Positions 46,369 to 55,101 of a DNA stretch of 64,000 bases are shown piece after piece. Positions within the stretch are counted from its first letter, which is position 1. Each line of letters starts with the position of its first letter. This DNA comes from Clostridiales bacterium (GTDB taxonomy: Bacteria; Bacillota; Clostridia; Oscillospirales; CAG-272): NCBI GenBank assembly GCA_012837425.1, contig DURE01000045.1, forward strand, positions 4,432 through 68,431, written 5' to 3'. The notes under the pieces were generated by a model. The model saw only the letters and a list, made by a program, of their open reading frames with translations. It did not search any database and had not been told where the DNA came from. The translations under genes and the position numbers were made by a program.

Positions 46369-47747
46369 TTGCCAAGATACTCCCTGAGCCATTTTAGCTG
46401 TGCTGCAACCGAATCCGGCCCGGTTCCCCCGGCCGACACCCGCTTTGCAACACAATTTGACAAGTCAATTTCAGAATAAAGATCTGCTTCAAATAAATCG
46501 CAAAAGGATTTATACTCCTCAAGCGTCAGGGTCTCAAGCACCTTTTGGTTTTTCATCGCATAGGCCACTATCTCCCCTACCGTCCGGTAGGCCGACCTGA
46601 AGGGCAGGCCGCGCTTTGTTAGGTAGTCGGCAAGGTCGGTGGCATTTATAAAGCCCTCCTGCGCCGCGGCATGCATCCGCTCGCGATTGACCTTCATGGT
46701 GGCTATCATCGGCTCCATGATGCTAAGGCAGGCCCGGACGGTGTCGACACTTTCAAACACCTCTTTCTTGTCCTCCTGCATATCCTTGTTGTATGCCAGC
46801 GGCAGCCCCTTCATGGTGGTCAGCAGTGAAACCAGATTCCCGTAAACCCGCCCGGTCTTGCCGCGCACCAGCTCGGCCATGTCGGGATTTTTCTTCTGGG
46901 GCATAATACTTGAGCCGGTAGTGTAGCCGTCGTCAAGCTCGACAAAGCCAAACTCCCAGGAGGACCAGAGAATAAGCTCCTCGGCAAGCCTTGAGAGGTG
47001 CATCATCAGTATCGAGAGCGCGCTCATGAGTTCAAGGCAGAAGTCGCGGTCGGACACGCCGTCAATGCTGTTCTTGGTTATCCCAGAAAAACCGAGCAGC
47101 TCTGCCGTCAGCTCACGGTCGGCGTCATGTGTCGTGCCGGCCAGCGCACAAGAACCCAAGGGCGACAGGTTCATGCGCTTTACCGCATCACAAATCCGGT
47201 CAATATCCCGCTCGAGCATAGCTGCATATGCCAGCATGTGATGTGCAAATACAATCGGCTGAGCGCGCTGCAGGTGGGTGTAACCCGGCATTATAACATC
47301 AAGGTTTGCCTCGGCCTGTCTGAGTATCGCCCCCATCAGCTGCTTTATCAGGGAAATAATCCCGTCTGCCTCGTCCCTGAGATACATCCGCAAATCGAGC
47401 GCTACCTGGTCGTTGCGGCTGCGGGCGGTATGCAGCTTTTTTCCGGTCTCGCCAATCCGCCGGGTCAGCTCGGCCTCGACAAACATGTGTATGTCCTCGG
47501 CCTCCTGGTCAATCTCAAGCCTCCCCGCCTCAAGGTCGGTAAGAATCCCCTCAAGACCGCTTTTGATTTTCTCATACTCGTCCTGTGAGATTATCCCCTG
47601 CCGCGCGAGCATTGCCGCGTGCGCCGCCGAGCCGGCGATGTCCTGCCGGAACATCCGGCAATCAATGCTTATTGACGAGTTGAAGTCGTCGGCCGCGCGC
47701 TCCGGCCTGCCGCGGGTGCGTCCGGCCCAGAGTTTTTCACTTGCCAT
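46365..47747 (-). CDS. argH: Argininosuccinate lyase
   Basis: Fumarate-lyase signature GSSIMPQKKNPD and N-terminus KLWAGR. Confidence 0.9.
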   Translation of the reverse strand: MASEKLWAGRTRGRPERAADDFNSSISIDCRMFRQDIAGSAAHAAMLARQGIISQDEYEKIKSGLEGILTDLEAGRLEIDQEAEDIHMFVEAELTRRIGETGKKLHTARSRNDQVALDLRMYLRDEADGIISLIKQLMGAILRQAEANLDVIMPGYTHLQRAQPIVFAHHMLAYAAMLERDIDRICDAVKRMNLSPLGSCALAGTTHDADRELTAELLGFSGITKNSIDGVSDRDFCLELMSALSILMMHLSRLAEELILWSSWEFGFVELDDGYTTGSSIMPQKKNPDMAELVRGKTGRVYGNLVSLLTTMKGLPLAYNKDMQEDKKEVFESVDTVRACLSIMEPMIATMKVNRERMHAAAQEGFINATDLADYLTKRGLPFRSAYRTVGEIVAYAMKNQKVLETLTLEEYKSFCDLFEADLYSEIDLSNCVAKRVSAGGTGPDSVAAQLKWLREYLGK

Positions 47748-47768
47748 AATGTTTCGGTCCTTTCTTCA

Positions 47769-47815
47769 ACCCGGGGGCTATGCCCCGGCCCCCCGCTTAA
47801 GGAACTTTAATTTTG
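47769..47815. repeat. Dispersed palindromic intergenic repeat, truncated copy F
   Basis: CCCGGGGGCTATGCCCCGGCCCCCCGCTTAAGGAACTTTAA aligns with copy C. Confidence 0.45.
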
Positions 47816-47818
47816 TGA

Positions 47819-49048
47819 TTATTTGATGTTGTTTTTTTCCTTCATCTTTGCGATTATCTTTGACTGCAGCCCGTAGAGGTTTATAAAGCCGGTGGCGTCG
47901 CTCTGGTTGTAGACATTGTCCTCGCTGAAGGTGGCTATTTCGGCATCGTAGAGCGAGTATGGAGAGGTTACCCCGGCATTTATCATGTTGCCCTTGTAGA
48001 GCTTGAGTGTGACGTCTCCGGTGACATACTTCTGGGTTGACTTCACAAAAGCAAGTATCGCCTCGGTCAGCGGGGTAAACCACAGACCGTAATACACCTG
48101 CTCTCCGAGCTTCTGGGCAACCAGCGCTTTGTAATGTGCGGTATCGCGGTCAAGGCAGATAGTCTCGAGCACCTTGTGAGCGCGGTAGAGGATAGCGCCC
48201 CCCGGCGTCTCGTAAACCCCCCGGCATTTCATGCCGACAAGCCGATTCTCAACAATGTCAAGAAGCCCTATGCCGTTCTCGCCGCCGAGCTTGTTGAGCT
48301 TTCGGACAAGTGCCACAGGGTCAAGTTCTTCCCCGTCAACCGCCGTGGGAATACCGGCCTCAAAATGAATCGTGACATATGTCGGCCTGTCGGGCGCGGC
48401 CTCGGGGGACACCCCCATCTCAAGGAAGCCGGGGTTGTTGTACTGCGGCTCGTTTGCCGGGTCCTCAAGGTCAAGCCCCTCATGCGAGAGATGCCAGATA
48501 TTCTTATCCTTTGAATAGTTGGTCTCGCGACTGATTCTCAGCGGAATACCGTGCGCCTCGGCGTAGTCTATTTCCTCGTCTCGGGACTTAATATTCCACT
48601 CGCGCCAAGGCGCAATTATATGCATATCGGGTGCGAAGGCCTTTATCGCCAGCTCAAAGCGCACTTGGTCGTTTCCCTTTCCGGTGCAGCCGTGGCAAAC
48701 CGCGTCGGCGCCCTCGGCAAGTGCTATTTCGGCAACCCGCTTGGCTATAGGCGGGCGCGCAAGTGCGGTGCCGAGCATATAGTCCTCATATAGCGCCCCG
48801 GCCTGAACGCAGGGGAAGGCATATTCCAGAAGGAACTCGCGGGCAAGGTCCTCGATATACAGCTTTGACGCGCCGGTCTTGAGCGCTTTTTCCTCAAGGC
48901 CGACCAGCTCGTCGGTCTGCCCGAAGTTTCCGCATACGGCTATGACCTCGCAGTTGTTGTAGTTTTCCTTAAGCCACGGGATGATTATTGAAGTATCAAG
49001 TCCTCCCGAATAGGCCAGCACGACCTTTTTTATTTTGCTTTTATCCAT
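47819..49048 (-). CDS. argG: Argininosuccinate synthase
   Basis: AYSGGLDTS and [13 protein letters not shown] motifs. Confidence 0.95.
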   Translation of the reverse strand: MDKSKIKKVVLAYSGGLDTSIIIPWLKENYNNCEVIAVCGNFGQTDELVGLEEKALKTGASKLYIEDLAREFLLEYAFPCVQAGALYEDYMLGTALARPPIAKRVAEIALAEGADAVCHGCTGKGNDQVRFELAIKAFAPDMHIIAPWREWNIKSRDEEIDYAEAHGIPLRISRETNYSKDKNIWHLSHEGLDLEDPANEPQYNNPGFLEMGVSPEAAPDRPTYVTIHFEAGIPTAVDGEELDPVALVRKLNKLGGENGIGLLDIVENRLVGMKCRGVYETPGGAILYRAHKVLETICLDRDTAHYKALVAQKLGEQVYYGLWFTPLTEAILAFVKSTQKYVTGDVTLKLYKGNMINAGVTSPYSLYDAEIATFSEDNVYNQSDATGFINLYGLQSKIIAKMKEKNNIK

Positions 49049-49093
49049 GTCAAGTCTCTCCGTTGTGTTGTTAATGTATATATATTACACTAT

Positions 49094-49111
49094 ATTGCAT
49101 AATTTTGCAAT
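49094..49111. promoter_or_regulatory. Putative ArgR (ARG-box-like) operator overlapping the argG promoter
   Basis: 18-bp palindrome ATTGCA-TAATTT-TGCAAT with an AT-rich centre. In gene orientation it overlaps TTGCAA-17-TAATAT. Confidence 0.4.
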
Positions 49112-49198
49112 AGTTTTTTTAGAATTTCTCAATGTTTGTGGGTTTTATTGCATTTGCCATGCTTCTCGCCTCTATCTGTTGTGCATGTTTTATTCTTA

Positions 49199-49216
49199 AT
49201 GCAATATATATTGCTC
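49199..49216. promoter_or_regulatory. Second ARG-box-like palindrome
   Basis: Perfect 14-bp palindrome GCAATATATATTGC (49201-49214). Confidence 0.35.
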
Positions 49217-49317
49217 CACAGACCTGTTCTTAGCGGCTGAAAGCTTGATTTGCGCACTCCGGGTCACAACTCGCTTGTGCATAATTATGCATTGTTATAC
49301 ATTCGGGCCGTCGCAGC

Positions 49318-49345
49318 GGCCGGACGGGTTTTTGCCCGTCCGGCC
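49318..49345 (-). terminator. Hairpin just downstream of the aspS stop
   Basis: GGCCGGACGGG-5 nt-CCCGTCCGGCC (the right arm is preceded by an unpaired G). There is no clear U-run. Confidence 0.4.
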
Positions 49346-49349
49346 CACT

Positions 49350-50723
49350 TTACGGATTGAGTCTGTCGCGGTCTCTCGGGAAGGCCGCGGCGCGCTTGAT
49401 AGTGTCAAGCCCGAGTATACTTGCCACAATCCGCTCAAGGCTGCAGCCCAGCCCGCCGTGCGGCGGCATGCCGTATTTGTGCATGGTCAGATAGTCCGAG
49501 AAGTCCTCGATATTCATTCGGCGGCGCTTCATTTTGGCGACCTGCTCTTCATAGTCGTGTATGCGCTGGCCGCCGGTAGTGACCTCAAGCCCGCCCAGGA
49601 GCATGTCAAAGCTCAGAGTAAAGGCCGGGTCCTGGGGGTCCTCCATGGCATAGAAGGGGCGCTTGACCGCCGGGTAATGGGTCACGAACACTATCGGGGA
49701 ATTGTACTCCTTGATAAAGTACTCGCCGAGCCACTTTTCCTCTTCGGGTGAAAAATCGGGTTCAAGCAGGGCGGCCTGTCCTTTTGCTCCGGGATGAGCG
49801 TCGGCAAAGAGTCTTTTGGCTTCCATGAACTTTATCTTGGGGAACACCCCGAGCTCGGGCAGCCTTTTGCCCGGCCCGAGATACATTTCAAGCTCGGGGG
49901 CATACTGCTCGTTCAGCGTCTGGTACATGAATTCGAACATCCGCGCCTCAAGTGCCATTATGTCCTCGAAGGAGTCAATAAACCCCATCTCAAGGTCGAG
50001 CCCCTGAAACTCGTTTATATGCCGGTTGGTGCTGAACTTTTCAGCCCTGAAAACCGGCCCCACCGTAAACACCCGCCCGAATACGCCGACCATCATCTGC
50101 TTGTATGTCTGCGGGCTCTGGTCAAGATAAGCCTTACGGCCAAAGTATTCCACTTCAAACATGTCGGCGCCGCCCTCGGCACCGGCCTTGACCAGCTTCG
50201 GGGGGACAAATTCGGTAAAGCCCTCGCCTCGCAAAAAGGTCCTGAAGGCATACATAACCCCGTCACAAACCTTCATTATAGCCCTGACCCGCGGGTTACG
50301 CAGGGTAATTACCCTGTGGTCGAGCAGCGTGTTCAGGTTTAGTTTTTCGATTTTCCTGTCGTTGCCGACCTCAACCGGCAGCACGTCCGCCCGGCCTGAG
50401 AGCCGCTTCATAGACTTTATGTGAACATCAAATCCCAGCTTGCTGCGCTCCTCGGCGACAATAGTGCCCTCTATTTCCACACATTCCTCAACCGAAAAAT
50501 CCTTTATGTCGCACTCGGACCTCTCGGCATCCCAGACACACTGGAAAACCAGGCGGGGCGAGCGGACATTGACAAAGGCAAACCCGCTCATCTCCTTTAT
50601 CCGGTGCAGAGTGCCCCTGACGGTAATCGGGGATCCGTCCTTTAACTCACCGTTCCTGAACTTTTCGATAATGGCCGAAATATCGGTCAGATCCGGCTTT
50701 TTGCTGATATCTAGAAATTCCAT
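49350..50723 (-). CDS. aspS: Aspartate--tRNA ligase, archaeal/type-2 form (probably non-discriminating given the gatCAB context)
   Basis: Class IIb motifs FRAE, GGQRIHDYE and GMPPHGGLGCSLERIV, with an FPRDRDRLNP tail. It is the last gene of the gatCAB operon. Confidence 0.7.
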   Translation of the reverse strand: MEFLDISKKPDLTDISAIIEKFRNGELKDGSPITVRGTLHRIKEMSGFAFVNVRSPRLVFQCVWDAERSECDIKDFSVEECVEIEGTIVAEERSKLGFDVHIKSMKRLSGRADVLPVEVGNDRKIEKLNLNTLLDHRVITLRNPRVRAIMKVCDGVMYAFRTFLRGEGFTEFVPPKLVKAGAEGGADMFEVEYFGRKAYLDQSPQTYKQMMVGVFGRVFTVGPVFRAEKFSTNRHINEFQGLDLEMGFIDSFEDIMALEARMFEFMYQTLNEQYAPELEMYLGPGKRLPELGVFPKIKFMEAKRLFADAHPGAKGQAALLEPDFSPEEEKWLGEYFIKEYNSPIVFVTHYPAVKRPFYAMEDPQDPAFTLSFDMLLGGLEVTTGGQRIHDYEEQVAKMKRRRMNIEDFSDYLTMHKYGMPPHGGLGCSLERIVASILGLDTIKRAAAFPRDRDRLNP

Positions 50724-50743
50724 TGTCCTACCTTCTTTCTGTA

Positions 50744-52186
50744 TTAATCGGCATGATTCAGCAGCTCGGTGACAATTTCATTGACCAGTGACGGGTTGGC
50801 TTTGCCCTGCAGTCTTCTCATGGTCTGCCCGATAAAGAAGGCAAACACCTTGGTTTTGCCGCTTTTGTACTGCGCGACGGTTTTGGGGTTCTCGGCAATA
50901 ACCTCGGATGCAATCCGGCGGATGCGTCCGGCGTCGTCGATTTGCCTGAGGTTGTTTTCTTCAATATACTTTGCGACATTGAAATCATGCGAGGCGAATA
51001 TCTTCTCAAACACCGACTTTGCCACCGTCCGGTTGATTATTCCGTTTCTGACCGCGATTACGAAGTCGGCAAACTGCGCCGGGTCAATGTTCAGCTCCTC
51101 TGCGGTGACCGAATCTCTGTTCATCAGGTACATCATATCTCCCAGCATCCAGTTGGCGGTCTCCTTGGGGTCGGAACAGAGGTCAGCTGTGCGCTCAAAC
51201 AGCTCGGCAAGCGCTTTTTTCTCGGTCAGAAGCCCCGCGTCGTAATCTGAAAGCCCGTACTCCCTGATATAGCGCTCTCGCTTCTCGTGCGCAAGCTCGG
51301 GCTGGCGCTCTGCAAGCGTCCTGAGCAGTTCCTCGCTTATCAGTATCGGCGGAATGTTGGGCTCGGGAAAATACCTGTAGTCCTGCGCGTTTTCCTTAGT
51401 CCGCATGGAAAAGCTGCGTCCCTTGTTGTCGTCCCATTTACGTGTTTCCTGAATAACTCTGCCCCCGGCTTCAAGCAGCTCAATCTGGCGCTTTGACTCA
51501 TCAATTATCGCCCGCTCTATAGCCTTGAAGGAGTTGATGTTTTTCATCTCGGTGCGAACCCCGAACCTGTCCGAGCCGCCCGGGCGGACCGAGAGGTTTA
51601 TATCGGCCCGCATCGAGCCCTCCTCCATCCTGACATCCGAAATACCGAGATATTCAAAAGTTGATTTGAGCCACATGAGATATCCAAGCACTTCCTCGGA
51701 GTCCCGGAAGTCAGGCTCCGAGACAATTTCAATAAGTGGCACCCCGCAGCGGTTAAAATCGGGGTAGGAGACGTCGCCGTAGGGCGAGTGAATCAGCTTT
51801 CCGGCGTCCTCCTCCATGTGTATCTCGCGTATCCGGGCAACCTTTTTTTGACCCGACCGGGTGACATACTCAACCCGCCCGTCCCGAGCAAAGGGCAGAT
51901 AAAGCTGGGATATCTGATAGGCCTTCGGCAGGTCGGGATAAAAGTAATTCTTCCGGTCGAATTTATTGTAGCGGTTTATCTTGCAGCCCAGAGCAATGCC
52001 GGCCACAAGGGCATATTCAAGCACCTTTTTGTTGAGCACCGGCAGGGTGCCGGGCATGCCTGCGCAGACCGGGCAGCAGTGGGTATTAGGCGCGCCCCCG
52101 AACTCGGTGGAGCAGCCGCAGAATATCTTTGACTTTGTGGCAAGCTCGACGTGAACCTCAAGCCCGATTACTGTTTCCCAGGTCAT
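50744..52186 (-). CDS. gatB: Asp/Glu-tRNA amidotransferase subunit B
   Basis: WETVIGLEVHVEL N-terminus, CCPVC motif and a YqeY-like tail. Confidence 0.95.
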   Translation of the reverse strand: MTWETVIGLEVHVELATKSKIFCGCSTEFGGAPNTHCCPVCAGMPGTLPVLNKKVLEYALVAGIALGCKINRYNKFDRKNYFYPDLPKAYQISQLYLPFARDGRVEYVTRSGQKKVARIREIHMEEDAGKLIHSPYGDVSYPDFNRCGVPLIEIVSEPDFRDSEEVLGYLMWLKSTFEYLGISDVRMEEGSMRADINLSVRPGGSDRFGVRTEMKNINSFKAIERAIIDESKRQIELLEAGGRVIQETRKWDDNKGRSFSMRTKENAQDYRYFPEPNIPPILISEELLRTLAERQPELAHEKRERYIREYGLSDYDAGLLTEKKALAELFERTADLCSDPKETANWMLGDMMYLMNRDSVTAEELNIDPAQFADFVIAVRNGIINRTVAKSVFEKIFASHDFNVAKYIEENNLRQIDDAGRIRRIASEVIAENPKTVAQYKSGKTKVFAFFIGQTMRRLQGKANPSLVNEIVTELLNHAD

Positions 52187-53670
52187 CTCAGGTCACCTCC
52201 GGGAGCAGTTTTGTGATAGCTTGTTAGCTGCTGGTAGGCATAGCCGGCGCTAAGCACCTTGACCTCCCCCAGCCTCTGGCCGATAATCTGCATGCCGACC
52301 GGCAGCCCCACCCGGTCAAATCCGCAGGGTACCGAGAGGCCGGGGAGCCCTGCGATATTGGCCGAGGCCGTGAAAATGTCGGACAGGTACATTTTTAGCG
52401 GGTCGGAAAGGCTCTCGCCCAGCCGCGGGGCGGTCGTCGGGGAGGTCGGGCAGACGATTAAATCGTATTTTTCAAATATGGCGTCAAAGTGGTTCTTGAT
52501 GAGCGCCTTTACCTGAAGGGCCCGGCGGTAATAGGCGTCGTAATAGCCTGAGGAGAGCACAAAGGTGCCGAGCAGAATGCGCTTTTTGACTTCATCGCCG
52601 AATCCCTCGCTGCGCGTGGCGTTATAGAGGTCGGTAAGTCCGTCGTAGTTCCTGCTGCGCATTCCGTACTTTATCCCGTCAAAGCATGAGAGATTTGAGC
52701 TGGCCTCAGCCGAGGCGATGATACAATAGGTCGGTACCACATAATCCAGTAAGGGCAGGCTGACCTCCTCAACCACAGCCCCCGCCCCTCTCAAAGTGTC
52801 GGCCGCCGCTCTCACCCGGTCGGCGACGTCGGAGTCAAGCCCCGCCTCAAAGCATTCGCGCGGCAGGCCGATTTTCATTCCCCTCACGCCCCCGTCAAGC
52901 ACGGCAGTATAGTCGGGATGACTGATGTCAAGCGAGGTTGAGTCGGCCGGGTCATGCCCGCAGATGATGCCGAGAATCGCGGCGCAGTCGGCCACATCCC
53001 TTGCGACCGGCCCTATCTGGTCGAGCGAGGAGGCGTAGGCAATAAGGCCGTAGCGCGACACCGCGCCGTAGGTCGGCTTCAGTCCGGTTACCCCACAATA
53101 GGAGGCCGGCTGGCGTATGCTCCCGCCGGTATCCGAGCCAAGAGCGCAGACCGCCTCACGCGCGGCGACCGCGGCCGCGGCCCCGCCAGAGGAGCCCCCC
53201 GAAACCCGACTTGTGTCAAAGGGGTTTTTGACCGGCCCGTAATATGAGGTTTCGTTTGTCGAGCCCATGGCAAACTCGTCCATATTAAGCTTGCCGCAAA
53301 TCACCATCCCCGCCGTCTCAAGTTTTTGGGTCACGGTTGCGCTGTATGGCGGCGTGAAATCCCCCAGAATTTTTGAGGCACAGGTGGTTTTTATACCCTT
53401 GGTGCAGATGTTGTCCTTAATGGCGACAGGCACACCGGCAAGCGGGGAGGTCAGCTCGTCGCGCTCAATTTTCTGCTGGACCACGGCGGCGCGCTCAAGC
53501 GCCTGGTCGCGGTTGAGCGTGATATATGCGTTTATCGCTTTGTCTTTAGTCTCAATCGCGTCAAAGACCCGTGCGACAGCCTCGGGACTGCTGATTTCTC
53601 CCCGCTTGATGGCGCTTCCGAGTTCAAGCGCGGTCATGTTCAGTATATCCTCCATGTCGGAACACCTCAT
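52183..53670 (-). CDS. gatA: Asp/Glu-tRNA amidotransferase subunit A
   Basis: Amidase signature GGSSGGAAAAVA. The start may be 53670 (ATGA overlap with gatC) or 53655. Confidence 0.9.
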   Translation of the reverse strand: MRCSDMEDILNMTALELGSAIKRGEISSPEAVARVFDAIETKDKAINAYITLNRDQALERAAVVQQKIERDELTSPLAGVPVAIKDNICTKGIKTTCASKILGDFTPPYSATVTQKLETAGMVICGKLNMDEFAMGSTNETSYYGPVKNPFDTSRVSGGSSGGAAAAVAAREAVCALGSDTGGSIRQPASYCGVTGLKPTYGAVSRYGLIAYASSLDQIGPVARDVADCAAILGIICGHDPADSTSLDISHPDYTAVLDGGVRGMKIGLPRECFEAGLDSDVADRVRAAADTLRGAGAVVEEVSLPLLDYVVPTYCIIASAEASSNLSCFDGIKYGMRSRNYDGLTDLYNATRSEGFGDEVKKRILLGTFVLSSGYYDAYYRRALQVKALIKNHFDAIFEKYDLIVCPTSPTTAPRLGESLSDPLKMYLSDIFTASANIAGLPGLSVPCGFDRVGLPVGMQIIGQRLGEVKVLSAGYAYQQLTSYHKTAPGGDLR

Positions 53671-53954
53671 TCTATCGTTTTGGGGACTACAAGGGTTTCG
53701 TCTGTGCGCTCGGGGGCGTTTCTGAGTATATCTTCCCGCTCAAACGAGGGCGTGACTTCGTCCTCACGCATGACATTGGTAATCGGGAATACATGCGACA
53801 TCGGCTCAACTCCTTCAGTATCCAGCCCCTGCAGGATGTCCATATATTCAATGACCTCCCCGAGCTCCTTTATCATTTTTTCGGTTTCGTCCTCGTCAAG
53901 CTTGATTCTTGACAGCTCAGCTACATATTCCACTATCTCTTTGGCTGTTCGCAT
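53667..53954 (-). CDS. gatC: Asp/Glu-tRNA amidotransferase subunit C
   Basis: 95 aa, with a typical LSRIKLDEDE...MREDEV pattern. Confidence 0.9.
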   Translation of the reverse strand: MRTAKEIVEYVAELSRIKLDEDETEKMIKELGEVIEYMDILQGLDTEGVEPMSHVFPITNVMREDEVTPSFEREDILRNAPERTDETLVVPKTIE

Positions 53955-54163
53955 TGTGTACCTCCGTCATTAAGTTGTGTTCCACAGCCGGGTGAGAACC
54001 GGCTTTTCTGCCCTTTTCGCTTCGGCAGGACAGATACTTCAGTTCGGGACCAAGAGGCCGCCCGGGCCTTCCCGTTTGGCAGGAGGGACCCGCCAAGCTT
54101 TTAATGGGCTGGGAGGCTCCCTCAGCCTTTTGAGTCGTCGCCGATTGTTGCGTACGGGACAAT

Positions 54164-54416
54164 AAAAAAAGCCGTCTTTTTCCCTGTCAGAAAAGGGACG
54201 AAAGACGACGACTTCCGCGGTGCCACCCATATTAGCCGGCAGGCTGCCGACTCACTCTTGCAGACTAACGCTCTGCTCACGGGCGGTTCTACTTGCCACA
54301 GGGCTTTCTTCCGCCGGCTCCGAGTGTTATTCGCCCCCCGCCGTGCCGCGTCGCACCGTCCCGCGGCTCTCTGAAATCTAAGCTTGAGGGGTTACTTCTC
54401 TCATCAGCGCCATTAT
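54164..54416 (-). promoter_or_regulatory. T-box riboswitch leader (probable Asn AAC specifier) with terminator
   Basis: On the minus strand there is a GAUGAGAGAAGUA GA-motif and a specifier-loop-like GAAUAACACUCGGAGC. The T-box sequence GGGUGGCACCGCG is at 54228-54216. A terminator hairpin plus U7 ends at 54164. Confidence 0.75.
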
Positions 54417-54422
54417 TCTATT

Positions 54423-54451
54423 ATTGTATCACAAAGGGCGAGGAATGTCAA
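54423..54451 (-). promoter_or_regulatory. Promoter TTGACA-17-TACAAT for the T-box leader
   Basis: Reverse complement reads TTGACA (54451-54446), a 17-nt spacer, then TACAAT (54428-54423). Confidence 0.55.
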
Positions 54452-54567
54452 TAGCAAAATTTCATTATAGTGTGCAGTCGTTGTGCAGTCGTCAATGATA
54501 GGTAACACACAACTTTAATTAAATGTGTTAATTATTCTGTAAAACAGACTTATTAATAATATTTCTA

Positions 54568-55101
54568 TTACGGTTTTTTTTTCCTGAACACCAGAAGCTT
54601 GCTGAAAACATAATTTCCGACAATTACGATAACCGCCGCGGCAATTTTGGATATGACCTCGGCGAGGTTGACTGCTCTCTCAAGAGCGCCGACATACACC
54701 CCCGACAGGCCCGGCCAGAGCGAGGCCAGCGCATTGGTGCCCGTGAGGGTCACCAGATAATCGAGCCCGAAGGTGAGCAGCCGGCCTCCCGCAAATACTG
54801 CCAGCTGAGATATGGCGCTCACGCTCCTGTCGGCGTCGGTGAACACCCACTTCCGGTTGGTATAGAAGGCGAAAAGTACTGCCGCGACCCACTGTATAAT
54901 CTGCGCTGCGGTGTATATCCCGATATAGGCCGCGCTTGTCGTGTCGTCGGCCGGAATATCAAAAACCGCCCTGCCGCCCCAGAGCAGCGCGAAATAGACC
55001 GCCCAGCCGACAAGCGTGGTGAGAATGCCGAAGAATAAATAGCGCGAAATCTCCCCGCGCAGCCGGCCGGCCGGTCCTTTTTTGTCTGTCCTACCGCTCA
55101 T
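54568..55101 (-). CDS. GtrA-family membrane protein
   Basis: YLFFGILTTLVGWAVYF and four TM segments with a basic C-terminal tail. ATGA overlap with the cysS stop. Confidence 0.7.
   Translation of the reverse strand: MSGRTDKKGPAGRLRGEISRYLFFGILTTLVGWAVYFALLWGGRAVFDIPADDTTSAAYIGIYTAAQIIQWVAAVLFAFYTNRKWVFTDADRSVSAISQLAVFAGGRLLTFGLDYLVTLTGTNALASLWPGLSGVYVGALERAVNLAEVISKIAAAVIVIVGNYVFSKLLVFRKKKP

Noticed and set aside
53955-54163. Possible SRP RNA, RNase P RNA or a second tandem T-box in the gatC leader.
   Set aside because: It lacks the SRP domain IV GGAAGCAGC-type motif, the RNase P GAGGAAAGUCCGGGC core and a second GGUGGNACCGCG T-box sequence. Only loose resemblances were seen.
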